Assembly (NCBI RefSeq): GCF_009914755.1
Contig: NC_060936.1
Strand: one strand, 5' to 3'
Source of the DNA: the human T2T-CHM13v2.0 reference genome, Homo sapiens
Length of the DNA stretch: 64,000 nt
Positions 1 to 14,194 of the stretch are shown piece by piece. The translations under genes and the position numbers were made by a program. The number at the start of each line of letters is the position of its first letter. Positions within the stretch are counted from its first letter, which is position 1. Below the pieces are notes generated by a model. The model made no database searches, was not told where the DNA came from, and saw nothing but the letters and a program-made list of their open reading frames with translations.

Positions 1-125
1 CAGCATGTGCAAAAGCACTGAAGTAGGAATGTGTCTGGTGTGTTTGTAGAAGAGTGAGGAGGCCTGCTGGAGTGCATTGCGGAGGGGAAAGTGGAGGATA
101 TAAGTTCAGACAGGTAATGGGGTGG
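1..125 (-). mobile_element. L2 LINE fragment
   Basis: cagcatgtgcaaaagcactgaagtaggaat resembles the reverse complement of the L2 3' region. Confidence 0.6.
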
Positions 126-142
126 AGTTTAAAATCCTGTCT

Positions 143-582
143 CAAGTAATGATTCTCAAACTGTGGTCCCTAAACCACCCCAAACCCAGTGAATCAGAAA
201 CTCTGGGGGTGGGGTCCACCATCTATTTGTTTTTTTTTCCCAAGACAGCGTTTCACTCTGTCACCCAGGCTGCAGTGCAGTGGCACCATCTTGGCTCACC
301 ACAACCTCCGCCTCCCAGGTTCAAGTGAGTCTCCTGCCTCAGCCTCCTGAATAGCTGGGATTACAGGTGCACACCACCACACACAGCTAAGTTTTGTATT
401 TTTAGTAGAGATGGAGTTTCACCATGTTGACCGGGCTGGTCTTGATCCACCCTCCGGTGATTCACCCTCCTCGCCTTCCCAATGTGTTGGGATTACAGGC
501 ATGAACCACTGCTCGGCCTCCACCGTCTATTTTAAGGAGGCCTCCTAGGATTCTGAAACCCACTAAAATGTGGGAGCCATCT
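143..582. mobile_element. MER5A-type hAT MITE interrupted by an Alu
   Basis: gattctcaaactgtggtcc...gaatcagaaactctgggggtgggg; homology resumes after the Alu. Confidence 0.65.
229..518 (-). mobile_element. AluS
   Basis: Antisense Alu dimer; TSD tccacc[a/g]tctattt at 215-228 and 519-532. Confidence 0.95.
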
Positions 583-884
583 CTCTGCAGCATCCAGGCC
601 AGGCCTGACTACCCCCGAAGAGTCTGCTGTCCCATCTTATGTTCTGGCAGGCTGCGGGCAGCAGCAGGTGTGGCATGGGACAGAAGGGGTGTCAGAGTTG
701 ACCTGACCTCCTGATCCTAAGAAATGCTGTCATCTCAGCATCTGGAAGTTGACATTCATACTAATAAAAAAAGTCAGACGTGGTGCCTGTGCTCAAATTG
801 AGGGCTGGGCAACTGTGAGGACAAAAGGTAGGAGGCATGGAAGTGGGGCTGATGCCCAAGAGATGGGATCATTGACTGTCAGGG

Positions 885-970
885 TGGAGAGACCCTTAGG
901 ACATCTGGTCCAGGCGTCTTATTTCACAGATGAGAAGACTGAGGCCTAGAAGGGAGAAATGACTGCTAAT
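885..970 (-). mobile_element. MIR/MIR3 fragment
   Basis: Core atttcacagatgagaagactgaggcc. Confidence 0.6.
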
Positions 971-1294
971 TAGATACAGATGAGATTGCTGTGCATCCTC
1001 TGGGCTTCTAGGCACCTGCTCCCTTTCCAGTCTTGCCTCCAGGCTCAGGGCTCTGGGTACTCCAAGAACACTGCTGCTGGGTAAATTCAGGGGATCCTGG
1101 TGGTGTGCTGGCTCCAAAGGGAGCAGAAACCGGATAGCAGAGATTACAGCTGCCTCTGACATGATGTCATATTAAAATGAAAGGTTTAGGGAGATGAGCA
1201 CTGCAGCCTGTCACCAGGCAGCCCGAGTGTTATTTAGGACTTTGTTTTTGTCTTGGTGGACTGCACTCAGTGCAGCCGTGAGTCACCAAATGAT

Positions 1295-1480
1295 AGCTCT
1301 CAGGTTTTGACCGCATCCCATGTGCTGGGTGCTGTGCAGACCTCATTTCTAAACTTTGTCTGTAAAATTCCCATTTTACAGACAAAAAAGCCAAGCCTCA
1401 GGGACTTTAAGTAACTTGCCCAAGACTGGGGTTTGATCCTCCCTCAGTCTGAACCAAAGCTGGGGACCTTTCCACTTGCC
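1295..1480 (-). mobile_element. MIR
   Basis: cccattttacaga...aagtaacttgcccaag. Confidence 0.65.
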
Positions 1481-1607
1481 TCTGCTCCTTTCATCGTCAG
1501 CTGCCAGCCTATGGTTTGGGCACCAGTTTGACACCAGGGTTATTGCCAATTTTATCTCTTCCCTTACTTTCCTATTTTCCCTCCCTCTCTTCTTCTCTCT
1601 CTTCCTG

Positions 1608-2060
1608 TCATCATTCCTTTCTTTTCTTCCTACCTCAGAACTTTATCAGGTGCCCACCACGTGCCCAACTTAATGCTGAGTTATAAAATCCAGTGATAAG
1701 AGATAGTTCCTGCTCTCAGAGAAACCCCATGCTGGTAAGAATAAGTCACATAACTAAATAGTTGTTACATTATATGGTCACTGATATAATCAATGTCTGA
1801 ACAATATGCAATGGGAATGAAGGTAATGAAAGGCTTCCCAGGGGAGGTGATAGCTGAGCTGGGCTTTGCAGGATGAATAGGAGTCCATCAGAAAGAGATA
1901 GTAAGTGGTTGGAGAAGGGTGAGGAGAAGAAACAGCTCATCAGGGGCTTTGAGGGATTAGGGTATGGACCATCTGGGGGACAGCAAGAGTTTTGCTGGAT
2001 TGGAGCCCAGCCAGTGGGGTAAGATGTAAGATGTTGAGCAGTTGGGACTTTCACCAGTAG
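1608..2060 (-). mobile_element. L2 fragment
   Basis: gttcctgctctcagag...aaggcttcccagggggaggtga, L2 3' region antisense. Confidence 0.6.
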
Positions 2061-2385
2061 GCAGCGAAGACCCCAAAATCCCAGGTTCCCATTTCCTGAA
2101 TGTTTTCTCTAGGCTATTCTAAGCTCCCTGCTTTGGTCACCACCTCCCCTCCCCAGCCAGCAATGACTGTCCCACAAGTGCCCCAAGCTCCAACACAACC
2201 CTGCCCTGACTTGTTTCAGAGTAGAGTCTGAGCAATCAGCCTTTAACTGGCAAAGTCAGGGAAGATGCACAGTCCTATTTACCTAATGGCTCTGTTTCCA
2301 AAGGGGAGCCAGGCCCATTGGAAGGCAACAAGCGAAGGTTGTGCTCACCAAAGGAGTTCTCTCCATTAGTCACTGGGTACATGGC

Positions 2386-2722
2386 TTTTTGTATTTTTTC
2401 TGAAACAAGGTCTCGCTCTGTTGCCCAGGCTGGAATGCAGTGACATGATCATGGCTTACTACAGCTTCCACCTCCCAGGTTCAAGCAATCCTCCTTCCTC
2501 AGCCTCCTGAGTAGCTGGGACTATAGACATGCGCCACCATGCCCAGCTAATTTAATTTAATTTTTTTTTTTTTTTTTTTTTTTTTGTAGAAACAGGATTT
2601 CACTGTGTTGCTCAGGCTGGTGTCAAACCCCTGGGCTCAAAAGATCCTCTTGCCTTGGCCTCCCAAAGCAGCACTTTAGGAGTAGCCCCTGGGATTACAG
2701 GTGTGAGCCACTGTACCTGGCC
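2386..2722 (-). mobile_element. AluJ with expanded linker and a small internal insertion
   Basis: J-type gatcatggcttactacagc and caatcctcc; approximate TSD ac[a/c]tggctttttg. Confidence 0.93.
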
Positions 2723-2769
2723 TCACCTGGCTTTTTGAGAAATAAAAAATACCTTCTTTTCATATTTCT

Positions 2770-3260
2770 GACTACATGTACATCAGAGAAAATTAGAGCA
2801 TTCACATAAGTGATGAAAGGAAAAAATGTAACTGACCCATCATCCCACCATCTAGAGCTAAACACTGCTAACAACTTGATGTATTATAGCATTTCCCAAT
2901 GTTTTTATGCATTTACATTTTTTCCTTACAAGATAGAATCATATTGCACATACTGTTCTGTGCCTGCTTTTTTCATTTGTCAGATTATGAGTGTCCTTAC
3001 GTGTCGTGATACGCTCTTTGACAGCATCATTTAAAATGGTTGCATGATGTTTTGTGTTCACTTCTGTAATACTGGACATTTAGTTGTTTCTCATTTTTCA
3101 GTTCAAATTACAGTCTGGAGTAAATTACTCTGCAACGTAACTTTTCGTATATGATTGATTATATCCCGAGGATAAATTCCTAAATGTGGAATTGCTGGAT
3201 TTGATCCCCCAGTTCATAAAAGGCTTTGATTGCCCCCCAGAAAGGTTGCAGTGACAACCA
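2770..3260 (-). mobile_element. Old L1 (L1ME-type) 3' fragment
   Basis: ggataaattcctaaatgtggaattgctggat and ggacatttagttgtttc motifs. Confidence 0.6.
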
Positions 3261-3405
3261 TTGAGGTTTGAGAGGATCTGATAAATAATACCTCCTTTCT
3301 CTACACTAGTTCTGATAGAGCTGATGTAGACTGGGGGCAGGTCAGGGAGATAGAGATGGAAATGCTGCTTGTATTACTAATACAGGCTGCTTTGTAGAAC
3401 ATGGC

Positions 3406-3775
3406 TGCTATCGATTGGAGGTTTGTGTCCCACCCCGCCACCTCAACTTGTATGTTGAATTTTCCTCCATGTGAGAGTATTAGGAGGTGCGGCCTTTGGG
3501 AGGTAATTAGGTCATGAGGGTGGCATCCTCATGAATGGGATTAGTGCCCTTATAAAAAAGGGACCCCAGAAAGCTCACTTGCCCCTTCCAACATGTTAGG
3601 ACATAGTGAGAATACCACCATCTATGAATCAGAAAAGAAGCCCTCATTAGACATTGAATCTGCTGGCACCTTGATCTTGGACTATCCCAGCCTCCAGAAC
3701 TGTGAAAAAGAAATGTTTGTCGTTTGAGCTACTCAGTCTATGATATTTTGCTACAGCAACCCAAACAGACTAAGA
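3406..3775 (+). mobile_element. MLT1A-type MaLR solo LTR
   Basis: tgctat...gaatgggattagtgcccttataaaa...ccagcctccagaactgtga...gactaaga. Confidence 0.85.
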
Positions 3776-4143
3776 GTGGCTTAGTGGTGTAGCCACAGTT
3801 GGCTTCCTGATACTGAATGCTACAATGAAGCAGATGTAAGTACCTACTCATGAGCTGTGCTAGGAAACTGCAGACCTCAACCTGGAACTATGGTAATGCT
3901 GGAGATCAGCAGAATGCTTGCTTCCTGCTAGTAGCTGGCTCCCAAGGAGGATGCGTGGATGAGCTCAGCTATGCCTGCCAGCTTCTCTTCCCAAACTCAT
4001 TAATGAGATGAGGCCTTCCATCTCCCCAGGGAAGACGTAAGGGGCTAATGCCAGGAATGTCATACAAATGGATGTCCCTCCACGTGGCAGGAAACATCAG
4101 TAGAGGGGAATACTGTTCTCTAATAATAACAATAAAAATGGTA

Positions 4144-4660
<517 letters not shown>

Positions 4661-5474
4661 GCTGCCTCCCCGTATCAGCATCACCAGACTTTTGAAAGGG
4701 TGATAACCCTTAAACTTAGAGGAAGATCCAGCTAAAAGGCCAGACTTCCAGCTTGTCATTGTCCCCGGGTTGAAATGGCATGCCCCTCACTGCGTTGGGG
4801 CAGGCCTTCTGCCCAGCCTTGTTCCCATGAAATTCATTAATTGCTTTTGAAAGAACCACTTCACCATGTGTTTTAAATTACCATGAGCAGCAATTATGAT
4901 GGACTGCACACAACAGAGAGGACTTGACAAGTGTCCTTGCTTCTTAGAGAACTAAGAGAGACACACTTGAGTTCACAAAGTGAGGTTTCTGATGATTCCA
5001 TTTTGACTTAAGGATTGCAGTGCCTCATTAAGGATCTGCTTTAATTTAGGGAGAAAACAATGAATCTGTTAAAGAAATAATTTTTGATTAGAAAGAAAAC
5101 ATATAATTTGGGAGGGGAGGATGAGAACACTAATTAAACTTTTAATTGTGTCTGTTGCCCTTTAGGGTGTAAACTAAGAAACTGAGTAAAGCAAGAGAAA
5201 CAGAGTTTTTCTTTAAGCGGTTTTCCATTGTTCTAGGCAATTCCCCACAGAGCAGCCACCTCTGTTGTAACCCATTTTTAGTTGTAATTGCCATATAAGC
5301 TGAAACTAGGCTGTTTTTTCTTCTATTTTTTAAAGCAAGAAATTTTGGCATTTTAAAAATTACATGTCGTGATAATTTTCTTATTCTTTAAAGATTGGCT
5401 AAGGTATACTAAGAAATTGGAAGACCTACATATTTATGCATTAGTATATCTGATTGGTAAAAGTGTGAGTGAGG

Positions 5475-5655
5475 AAATACAGGATACTGATTAAGAGTGT
5501 GGATTCTGGAGTCCTAACTCTTGAGGCTCACAGTTGGCTGTACCCTCTAGCTATATGATCTTAGGCAAGTTACCCAACTCTTCTTTGCTTTAGTTTCTTT
5601 TCTGCAAAGTGGGGTTAACAACAGCACCCCTGTCATAGAGTTATTGTGAGGATTT
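5475..5655 (+). mobile_element. MIR, split by an MLT1 (tail near 6395-6460)
   Basis: gatcttaggcaagttac...gttattgtgaggatt. Confidence 0.7.
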
Positions 5656-6392
5656 TGTTACGATAAGCTGGGTTATGCTGAAGTAACAGACAAATCCCAA
5701 ATCTCAGAGGTTGAATGCAACCAATGTGTACTTGTCACTCATGCAGATTCCTTTGAAGGGCCAGTGACCCCAGACAGTTGCCCTCCATGTGTTGGCTTGA
5801 CATATTCCCTGCTGTGTCAATTTTACAGCCCCTTCATATCAACATGCTTCCATTCTTGCTGCAAAAGGAAAACAGATTATGGAGAATTATTTACTGGCTC
5901 TCAAATACTTTTCTTTTTTCTTTTTTCTTTTTTTTTAATGAGATGGAGTCTTGCTCTGTCCCCCAGGCTGGAGTGCAGTGGTGTGATCTCAGCTCACTGC
6001 AACCTCTGCCTCCCGGGTTCAAGTGATTCTCTTGCCTCAGCCCTCCTGAGTAGCTGGAACTACAGGGCACACACCACCACACCCGGCTGATTTTTATGTT
6101 TTTAGTAGACATGGGCTTTCACCATATTGGTTAGGCTGGTCTTGAACTCCTGACCTCAGGTGATCCGCCCGCTTCAGCCTCCCAAATTGCTGGGATTACA
6201 GACGTGAACCACCTCTTCTGGCCTTGGCTTTCAAACACTTCTGAAGGCAGCGACACAAATCACAAACCACAAATCACTGTTTGCACTTCATTGGCCAAAG
6301 CAAGTTGTGGTGCATGAATTCGTGTTGATGGAAAGGGCCCAGAAGCAGCGGGACACCAGGAATATTGGTGAGCAGCAGTATGTCTGTCACCA
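5656..6392 (-). mobile_element. Old MLT1 (K/J/L-type) LTR interrupted by an Alu
   Basis: gataagctgggttatgctgaagtaaca...aatcccaaatctcag; cattggccaaagcaag. Confidence 0.65.
5911..6223 (-). mobile_element. AluSx-type
   Basis: Full dimer; TSD tggct[c/t]tcaaa[t/c]actt. Confidence 0.95.
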
Positions 6393-6650
6393 TATGTCTA
6401 GTGCTTATTCGAAAGCCTGCATGGCATGCAGTACGTGTAAGTGCAAGCTATTGTTGCTGAAGGCTGGCGCTGCCAAAATTTTATTTTAAATTTTATTAAA
6501 GCTGGTTTTTCTTCCTTTGAAGATTTGATCTAAGGAATAACTTCCACACAAGCAAAGAGGCCAAATGGAGTCCCCTGGGAGGTAGTAGGTGTTGCTCTCT
6601 GTCACAGTGGTTGCTCCAGTACTCTGTACACAGTACATAGCACACATTTG

Positions 6651-7070
6651 GGAGGTAGCATTCGCAGTGTTTGAGAATATGGACTTAGAGTCAGACAGCC
6701 TTGAGTTTGAATTCCAGAGCTAACACCTACTGAATGTATGGCCTTGACCAGGTTATTGAACCTTTCTTAGACTCGGTGACTTCACAGTTAAAGTGGTTGT
6801 AGCAGTGCCCACATCACAGGGTTGCTGTGATAATTAAATAAGATAATAGATATAAAGTGTTTGCAAAACGTGATACAAAGTTGAGTGTTCATGGATAGTA
6901 ATTGTTATTTTTTGTTGTGATGATGAGGATGAGCAAACTTTTCTGAACCCTCAACTTGCTCATCTGTAAAATGGGAATAATAATAGTTATTGTTCAGAGT
7001 TTTGGGGGATATGAAGGAAATCACATATATGGACACAATACACAGAGTAGACACACAAAAAAATAGGTGT
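6651..7070 (+). mobile_element. Near full-length MIR followed by a second MIR fragment
   Basis: ttagagtcagacagccttgagtttgaattcc...; ctcatctgtaaaatgggaataataatag. Confidence 0.75.
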
Positions 7071-9114
7071 TTTCCTTTTTTCTCTATCAACTTCATAATG
7101 ATGTCAGATTTTAATCCCAATCCAGCTGTACTAGATTATTTGGGTATCTTCTTCAACTCTTCCCTGCCTCCCAAGTTGTGGAGGGTTGAATGAGCTGATA
7201 CAAGCACCTACCAATGTGGGTATGTAGGGGCTGTGCAGTAAATGTCATTTGCTATGACCCCCAACTTGTCCCACCATGTTCTTTCCTCCCTAAAGTGCCA
7301 TTGCCATGATGGGATGGAATTTTAGGGGCCAAGGAGGAGATGTGCTGTGATATTGGGTAGGTCCAGCTTGGCACTGCACAGATCCTAACAGACAACTGCA
7401 CTGCAGTGAATGACCCTACCTGCTGCAGTGAGTGATGCCACCTGAGGCAACTGACCCACCAGAAAGTGAAAAGTTAACACTTTATTCACAGCTGGGTAGC
7501 ATTCATGGAATTTGACAGCCTCTAAAGGAATGCTGGTCATCAGAAACCGCCTCACACTGAGATCCGTCAACAGTTGGCTTCGATGGGGGGCACCCCTGGG
7601 AGCTGATGAAGCCCAGATAAGGGATAACATATCCTGAGAACACACCACACATCCCTGATAGCATCACTGCCATGAGCACCTTTCAGGCCATAGTCACTGT
7701 TCTAGAAGGCTGCTGAGAGTGTGCCACCTTCTCTTGGAAGCCTTCCCCACCCTGCCACACCCTGCCTTCCCAGCTGGTTGGTCCCTTTTTGCTTTGTGCC
7801 TCTTTGAACCTTTTATCAATGTCTTTCAGTGCTTGACACCCTAAGCACCAGCACACAGTAGGCAGTTCACAGATGACTGTTGAATGAGTAACTAAGAGAG
7901 GAAGCCAGGGACCTTGAAAACAACTATTTTCCAGAGAAAGCATCGTACATAAGGTCTCTGGATATAATTATTCTCCTGAGAATAGAAGACTGAACATGTT
8001 CCTCCTCTTCTAAAACCTTTACAAGGAAGAAAAAAGGAAGAAGAGAGTAAAAAAGGAAAAAACCTAACACCAGGAAACAACTCTGGAGAATACCATTTGA
8101 GGCTGCAGAAAAGGTTCAGGCTTAGGAGAAAAGCATATGGAGATTGATTAGTCATGCCTGCTGGGGAGTGGGCTAGGAGGAGGGCAGCATGTAGGCTTGG
8201 GAGCTGCCATCTCTCTTCAACCCTTAACTAGCGACCAAATTAGTGAAAATGCAGCTTTAAGAGTGAAGCACGGTTTTTCTTCAGCCTCTAATTGGGAGAT
8301 TTAGCAAACATGGTTTACTATTAAAGTGAAAATGGGGTGGAAAATAGACAATTTTATAATCCACATTGAGTCTATATTGGTACCCTATCAACAGAAAATA
8401 TATATTTTTTAATGCATGAGAAGGAAAGTGACTCCTTGCATCTGAGTTACTGATTATTCTTTCTGGAAGGGATCCCATGGTATCCTGGGAACAGGCAGGA
8501 AGGACATTGCAAACTCAGGGTGCCAGAAGCACTCCACTGAGAGACCTGCATCACTTCCTACAGGTGAGGCCTGAGCAGAACTTGTAGGGTTCCCCACTTG
8601 GCTGTGCCTGTTGGCCATTTGTCCTTTGCTGAGAACCTGTCAGTCAGCTGGAGCACAGCCCCCAACCACTCCCCAAATAGTTGGGACACAGGTGATTTGC
8701 TTAGATTTTGCCACAGTTGGTACAGTCCGGTTCTTGTCTCATCAGACTGCTTGCTTCTTTGTCCTTTATTGGAAGGTGCCTTCCCCGGATCACAGTGAGG
8801 TGGAAGATTGGCAGTAGCTGCTGTGAATGGGTATGAGCCTATACCTTCATACCAAGGGGGTGGTAACCATAGAGATTGTGAAGTGAAAACCCATCCAAGT
8901 TGATTAAAATTTGGTGAGGAAAAGGAAACTCTGTGCTTGACTGATTGGCATGAAGAGTTTAAAATGCATACTGAAGTCAACCAAGAAAAATGATTTACAC
9001 TTTTTCCTCTTTCCTTTTTGTTTTGGATCTTGGATTCAACAGAGGGTTGAATTATTCATACTCAGAAGTTCACGGAAATTTTATCATTATGCAAGGGCTC
9101 TCTCTCTCATTTTA

Positions 9115-9437
9115 TTAATATTTTATTTTTATTATTTTTATGTATTTATTTATTTTAGACAGAGTCTCACTCTGTAGCCCAAGCTGGAGTGCAGTGGCGC
9201 AGTTTCGGCTCACTGCAACCTCTGCCTCCTCCCAGCTCAAGCGATTCTCGTGCCTCAGCCTCCGAGTAGCTGGGACTATAGGCGAACGGCACCACCCTGG
9301 CTAATTTTTTGTATTTTAGTAGAGACGGGATTTTACCATGTTGCCCAGGGCAGTCTTGAACTCCTGAGCTCGGGCAATCTGCCTGCCTTGGCCTTCCAAA
9401 GTGCTGGGATTACAGGGGTGAGCCACCACTCCCGGCC
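9115..9437 (-). mobile_element. Alu (AluJb or old AluS)
   Basis: Full dimer; perfect 16-bp TSD tctctctctcatttta at 9099-9114 and 9438-9453. Confidence 0.95.
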
Positions 9438-9479
9438 TCTCTCTCTCATTTTAGTTCTTCACTTTTTTGTCTATAATCT

Positions 9480-11020
9480 CCACTCCCCTGTAGGTACTCA
9501 TCCAAGGCGTTTAATATATGCTCTTGAACAGGTACATGTCTTTATAAAACATGTAAAATTGCTTTCTGTGTGTGTGTTATTGATTTATAGAAACGATATT
9601 GCACAAAGGAGCTTGTCCTGATCTTTCCATTTTCACCTATGTTCTCAATATCTATCCATGTTGGTTGTACATCTAGCTTATTATTTCTAACAGCTGCACA
9701 GTTAACTCCATCAAGATAGGCTAAGTTATGCAGCGGTAATAGCACAAAAATCTTAGCAGCTTAAAATTATGCAGGTTTACTGCTTGGCTCCACTACATAT
9801 CCATCCCGTTAATAAGAGTTTTGCTTTGGAGACGTAGGCTGATGGAGCCTCCACCATTCAACACGGCAGAGAGATGAGCAAGTAGCAAATCACACACTGG
9901 CTCTTAAAGGCTCTGTCCAGAAGGTGACAAATAGCACACTGATTTTTAAAGCCTGCCCAGAAGTGGCCAAAACAAGTCACATGGCCATTCTCCACTTTAA
10001 AAGCAGTGGGAACTGCAAGCCTACTATGAATCTAAGAGACGGAGACACTGGAATTATTTGGTGAACTGTGTAATGACTATCACATAGTTGGCACCCATCA
10101 TATTTTGTGTCTATCCATTCTTTAATGATGGGCAACTAGTTGCATCCAATTCCCCAGTACCGTGAACAATAATGTCATTATGGGAACAATCTCCTTTCAC
10201 TTGTTCCCATATGGACCCCATGCAAGTATCTATACTCAGGAGTGGGTTGGTCGGGTCACAGGGTTTATACAAACTTGGTTTCGATAATCAGTACCAGGTG
10301 AGTCTCTGGAACTGCTATGCCAGTCTAGACCCCCACCAGTGGCGCGGAGGGGTTCCCATTTACCCATATCCTGTTTAACAATCAATATTACTCAACATTG
10401 TAATTTTGTAAATCTGTTGAGTATAATGTGGAATCTATTGTTACTTTCATTTTCATTTATCTTATTACTAACGAATTTGAGCATCTTTTCATCTGCCTGT
10501 TGACTATTCTGGTTTCCACTTCTGTGACCTGCCTATTCATATCTACAGACCATTTTTCTATTGCATTTCCTTTCTTTTCTCATTGATTTATAGGAGTTAC
10601 ATATGTAGTTAGATGTTAATTCTTTGTTGGGTTTAGACATTGTAAATATCACTTTCCACTCTGCCACCTCTCTGTTAACTTTGTTCACAGTGTCTTTTGT
10701 TGAACAGAAGCCCTAATTTTGATGTAATCAAATCTACCAACTTTTTTTTCTTTTTGCTTTTTGGCTCGTGCCTTGGGGATTTTATTTAAGAGGACCTTCC
10801 ATGCCCTAAGTTCACAAAGGTATTGTTTCACTTTCTTCTGTTAGCTTTGTAACTTTCCTTTCACATTTAGGTTTTTCATCCACTTAGAGTCTACTTTCAT
10901 ATATTGTGTTTGAGAGGGATCCAAATTCATTTAGTGAGCCAGTTTTCTCGACATTATAGAACCATTCCTTTCCCCATCGAGATGAGATGCAACCTTTATT
11001 ATAAATCAGGTTCAAACAAG
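9480..11020 (-). mobile_element. L1ME-type fragment with nested MLT1
   Basis: Long T-rich antisense L1 (cctattcatatc, gttgaacagaag, taattttgatgtaatcaaat). Confidence 0.7.
9706..10084 (-). mobile_element. Old MLT1 LTR
   Basis: gataggctaagttatgcagcggtaa...aagtcacatggcca...gactatcaca. Confidence 0.65.
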
Positions 11021-11022
11021 GG

Positions 11023-11417
<395 letters not shown>

Positions 11418-11489
11418 TGAGTTTTGTTTGGCAGAATTTGTCTGGTGTATTCTGAGTAGGGGAGCCCTGATGATTTCCTGTAATGCTGG

Positions 11490-11720
11490 GAGGTGGTGAG
11501 GCATAATGAAACTAACATTAAACTTGGGGTCAGAGGAACCCAGGCTTGTTCCTGGCTCCACCACTTACAGCCACGTGAACTTGAACTACTCCCTCAACCT
11601 CTCTGAGCCTCCGTTTCTACATCTATTAAACAGCGATGATGATATGTATCGCCTAGGAATTCTGTAAGAGTTAAATGCTAGAATATATGTAAAAGCATAG
11701 CTTTCAGTAAACGTTATTTT
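11490..11720 (+). mobile_element. MIR
   Basis: aacctctctgagcctccgtttctacatct core. Confidence 0.7.
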
Positions 11721-12374
11721 CCCTTTGATCATTGTCACCAGACAAAAACTCTAACAGTAAGTGGTTTTCCCCAGGCCTCACCAAGGTAGGTATAAATTGG
11801 GAACACATTATTCCTGATCCCTCAAATGTCACTGCCTCTTGTTCTCACCTGCTAATGGATGACTTCTCCTCAGTTCTTTCGTTCCTTCTGTGTATCCCCA
11901 TGGTGGCCCATGTCGGTTCGTGGAAGCTTCCCGTTGACCTTCCCACCAATGAGCACACTTCCATTGGCACTGCAGAGGTTTCCAGGGACACACACTTTCT
12001 CTTCTTCCAAAGTCAGCCAATCAGCCCCACAGGCTTGGAGACAAAGGTAGATGTAGATGCTTAGCCGGGAATGTTGGACGAGTCCTCAGAGTGTGGCTCT
12101 TGCCTGGGCATTTCTTCACATGGGCTTTAGGAACACAGTATTTCTGCCTGGCTCCCCTTCCTCTCTCAGCCCTTTCCCCTGAAAAAATAGATAAAAATCA
12201 AGACAAAGCATGGTCTCTGGGTCACAGGCTTGAGGGAAGCATGGGAAGTGTTGCAGCCGTGCTCTGGACTGGGTGGCCTGGTGGGGCTGCTGAGCCTGTG
12301 CTGCTGGAAATAGTTTGGTTGAAAGGCCATGCAAAGCCAGCTCTGTGAAGGTGCTTCTTTGGCTGCCTATCAAA

Positions 12375-12381
<7 letters not shown>

Positions 12382-12409
<28 letters not shown>
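12382..12409. repeat. T28 homopolymer with no adjacent Alu or L1 body
   Basis: Direct count. Confidence 0.95.
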
Positions 12410-12412
<3 letters not shown>

Positions 12413-14194
12413 GTTTTGTGACTTAAGCTTTTGATCCCTTGGTTGTGGCTCTGTGCTGATACCTTTGCTGAGCCTTGAAGGGCTGTCAGGGTAGGCAGGA
12501 GGATCCAAAAGTTGTTTTCGACCCAGCACACTGGCCAAGAAAGGCTATCACCTTCCAAGAAGGGTGACCACCTCCTACTATACGGCAGCCCTCAGAGGGC
12601 GTTTATCTCAGCGGGCATTGTCCTGACCCACCCCCCTTCTCCTCCTCCCTTTGGATTGTGTTTTGAACTACTTACTGCTGGCATAGCCCATCAGAACATG
12701 CTTCCCTTCCCCCCAACCTTATGATATTAATAAAGCAATTTCATTCCTCTCTGGATCCTGGGACCTGTATGTAGGCTCTGGCTTGATTCCGGCTTGAGTA
12801 GCAAGCAGGGAGATCATTCTGGAACTGTGCTGTGTCAGAATGAGACTAAATCCCATCTCTAGGTTGCTTCTGCCAGGCTGACGGATTGGAGAGAAAGGAG
12901 ATTTAGGAAATCTGCCCCAAACCTGTTGCTAAACAGCCTCACACTGTCTGTCTAGTCCCTGGGAAGGAAGGATTTGACTGGCAAATCTTGTTCTAGGATG
13001 AGACTAAGCTGCTGTCCTGCCAGGCTTCTACGAAGCTTTAGGGGAGAAGTATGGAGGTGGGTTGGGGAGGGGCACTCAGTCCAGATGCCCAGAGCTGGCC
13101 TCGTTTCAGAGCCAGTTGCCCTCTGATTTTAAGCAGTAAAGTCTGGCCTAGACTTTTGTAGTTATTCCTTTACTAGCAGAGGATTCGTTGCTTTTCCCTC
13201 TCATTTCTTAAATACTCCTGGAGTTAAGGAGGTAAATAAGTGTACGCTCAAGATAGATTATGAAATTGAGTTTTTTACTCCTCCTCCATTTCCATCCTAA
13301 TAGTGCAGTATACTTGCTATATTTTTATGTTAAATGTGAAGAGGAAGGCCATAATTCACTCTTCAAGATCCATTTCCACTTATTTGATCTCCATTTCAGC
13401 TTGGATGGCAAAGATACTTGGTACTTCTGCCACTTGGGTTCTGTGATCATGGCAGACATAACTAATTAAGCACAGCACTTTTTCTCACTGAACTCAGATG
13501 GGACTTCAGGATCCTTCTCAACACAGTTCTAGGCAGCTGCTACTGATGAGAATCGGCATGTGAGATGTAAACTGTTTGCTCTCCTGTCCTGTAGGTACTC
13601 ATCTGGTCTTCTTCATAGTTCTGTGTTCATTCTATTTGGTACTTTGTACCTTATATGACAAAGTATCTTCACTTCATAAAAAAGTGAAGACCTATATCTG
13701 AAAAAGTGAAGATATATTTTCTGTAAGTTGCTTGAGAGAAGAATCTGTGTTTGATTTACTTTTGCATCATCCCAATTCTGCCCTGTTGTCATCTTTAATA
13801 CCTATTTGTTGGATCAATGAATGAATATATCTTCTCATTAAGGCTAAGAGGACAGTGTTGAAATTGTACTCAGGACCAGCGTTAGGTCTTGCAACTCCTT
13901 CCCCAGTGACACATGAATGAAAGCCAAGCAACAATTACAGAATACAAGCTGAGAGTACATTTAAGCCCATTTCCTGCCCCAAACCAGAACAAAGCAGGGA
14001 TAGTTCATCTCATGTAAATTTCATAATACAGGAAACCACCTCCCCTGAGCCAAAATTCAATTCAACTTGGCGTCTTTCTCAGCTTGGTTCCAGCAAGTGT
14101 GTGGCACTGAGAGGTTGGATAGAGCCTGCGTCCTCAAGAAGTGTATTACCAAGGGGGGCCATAAGGTGTCCACATGACTAAATCAGCATAATAA

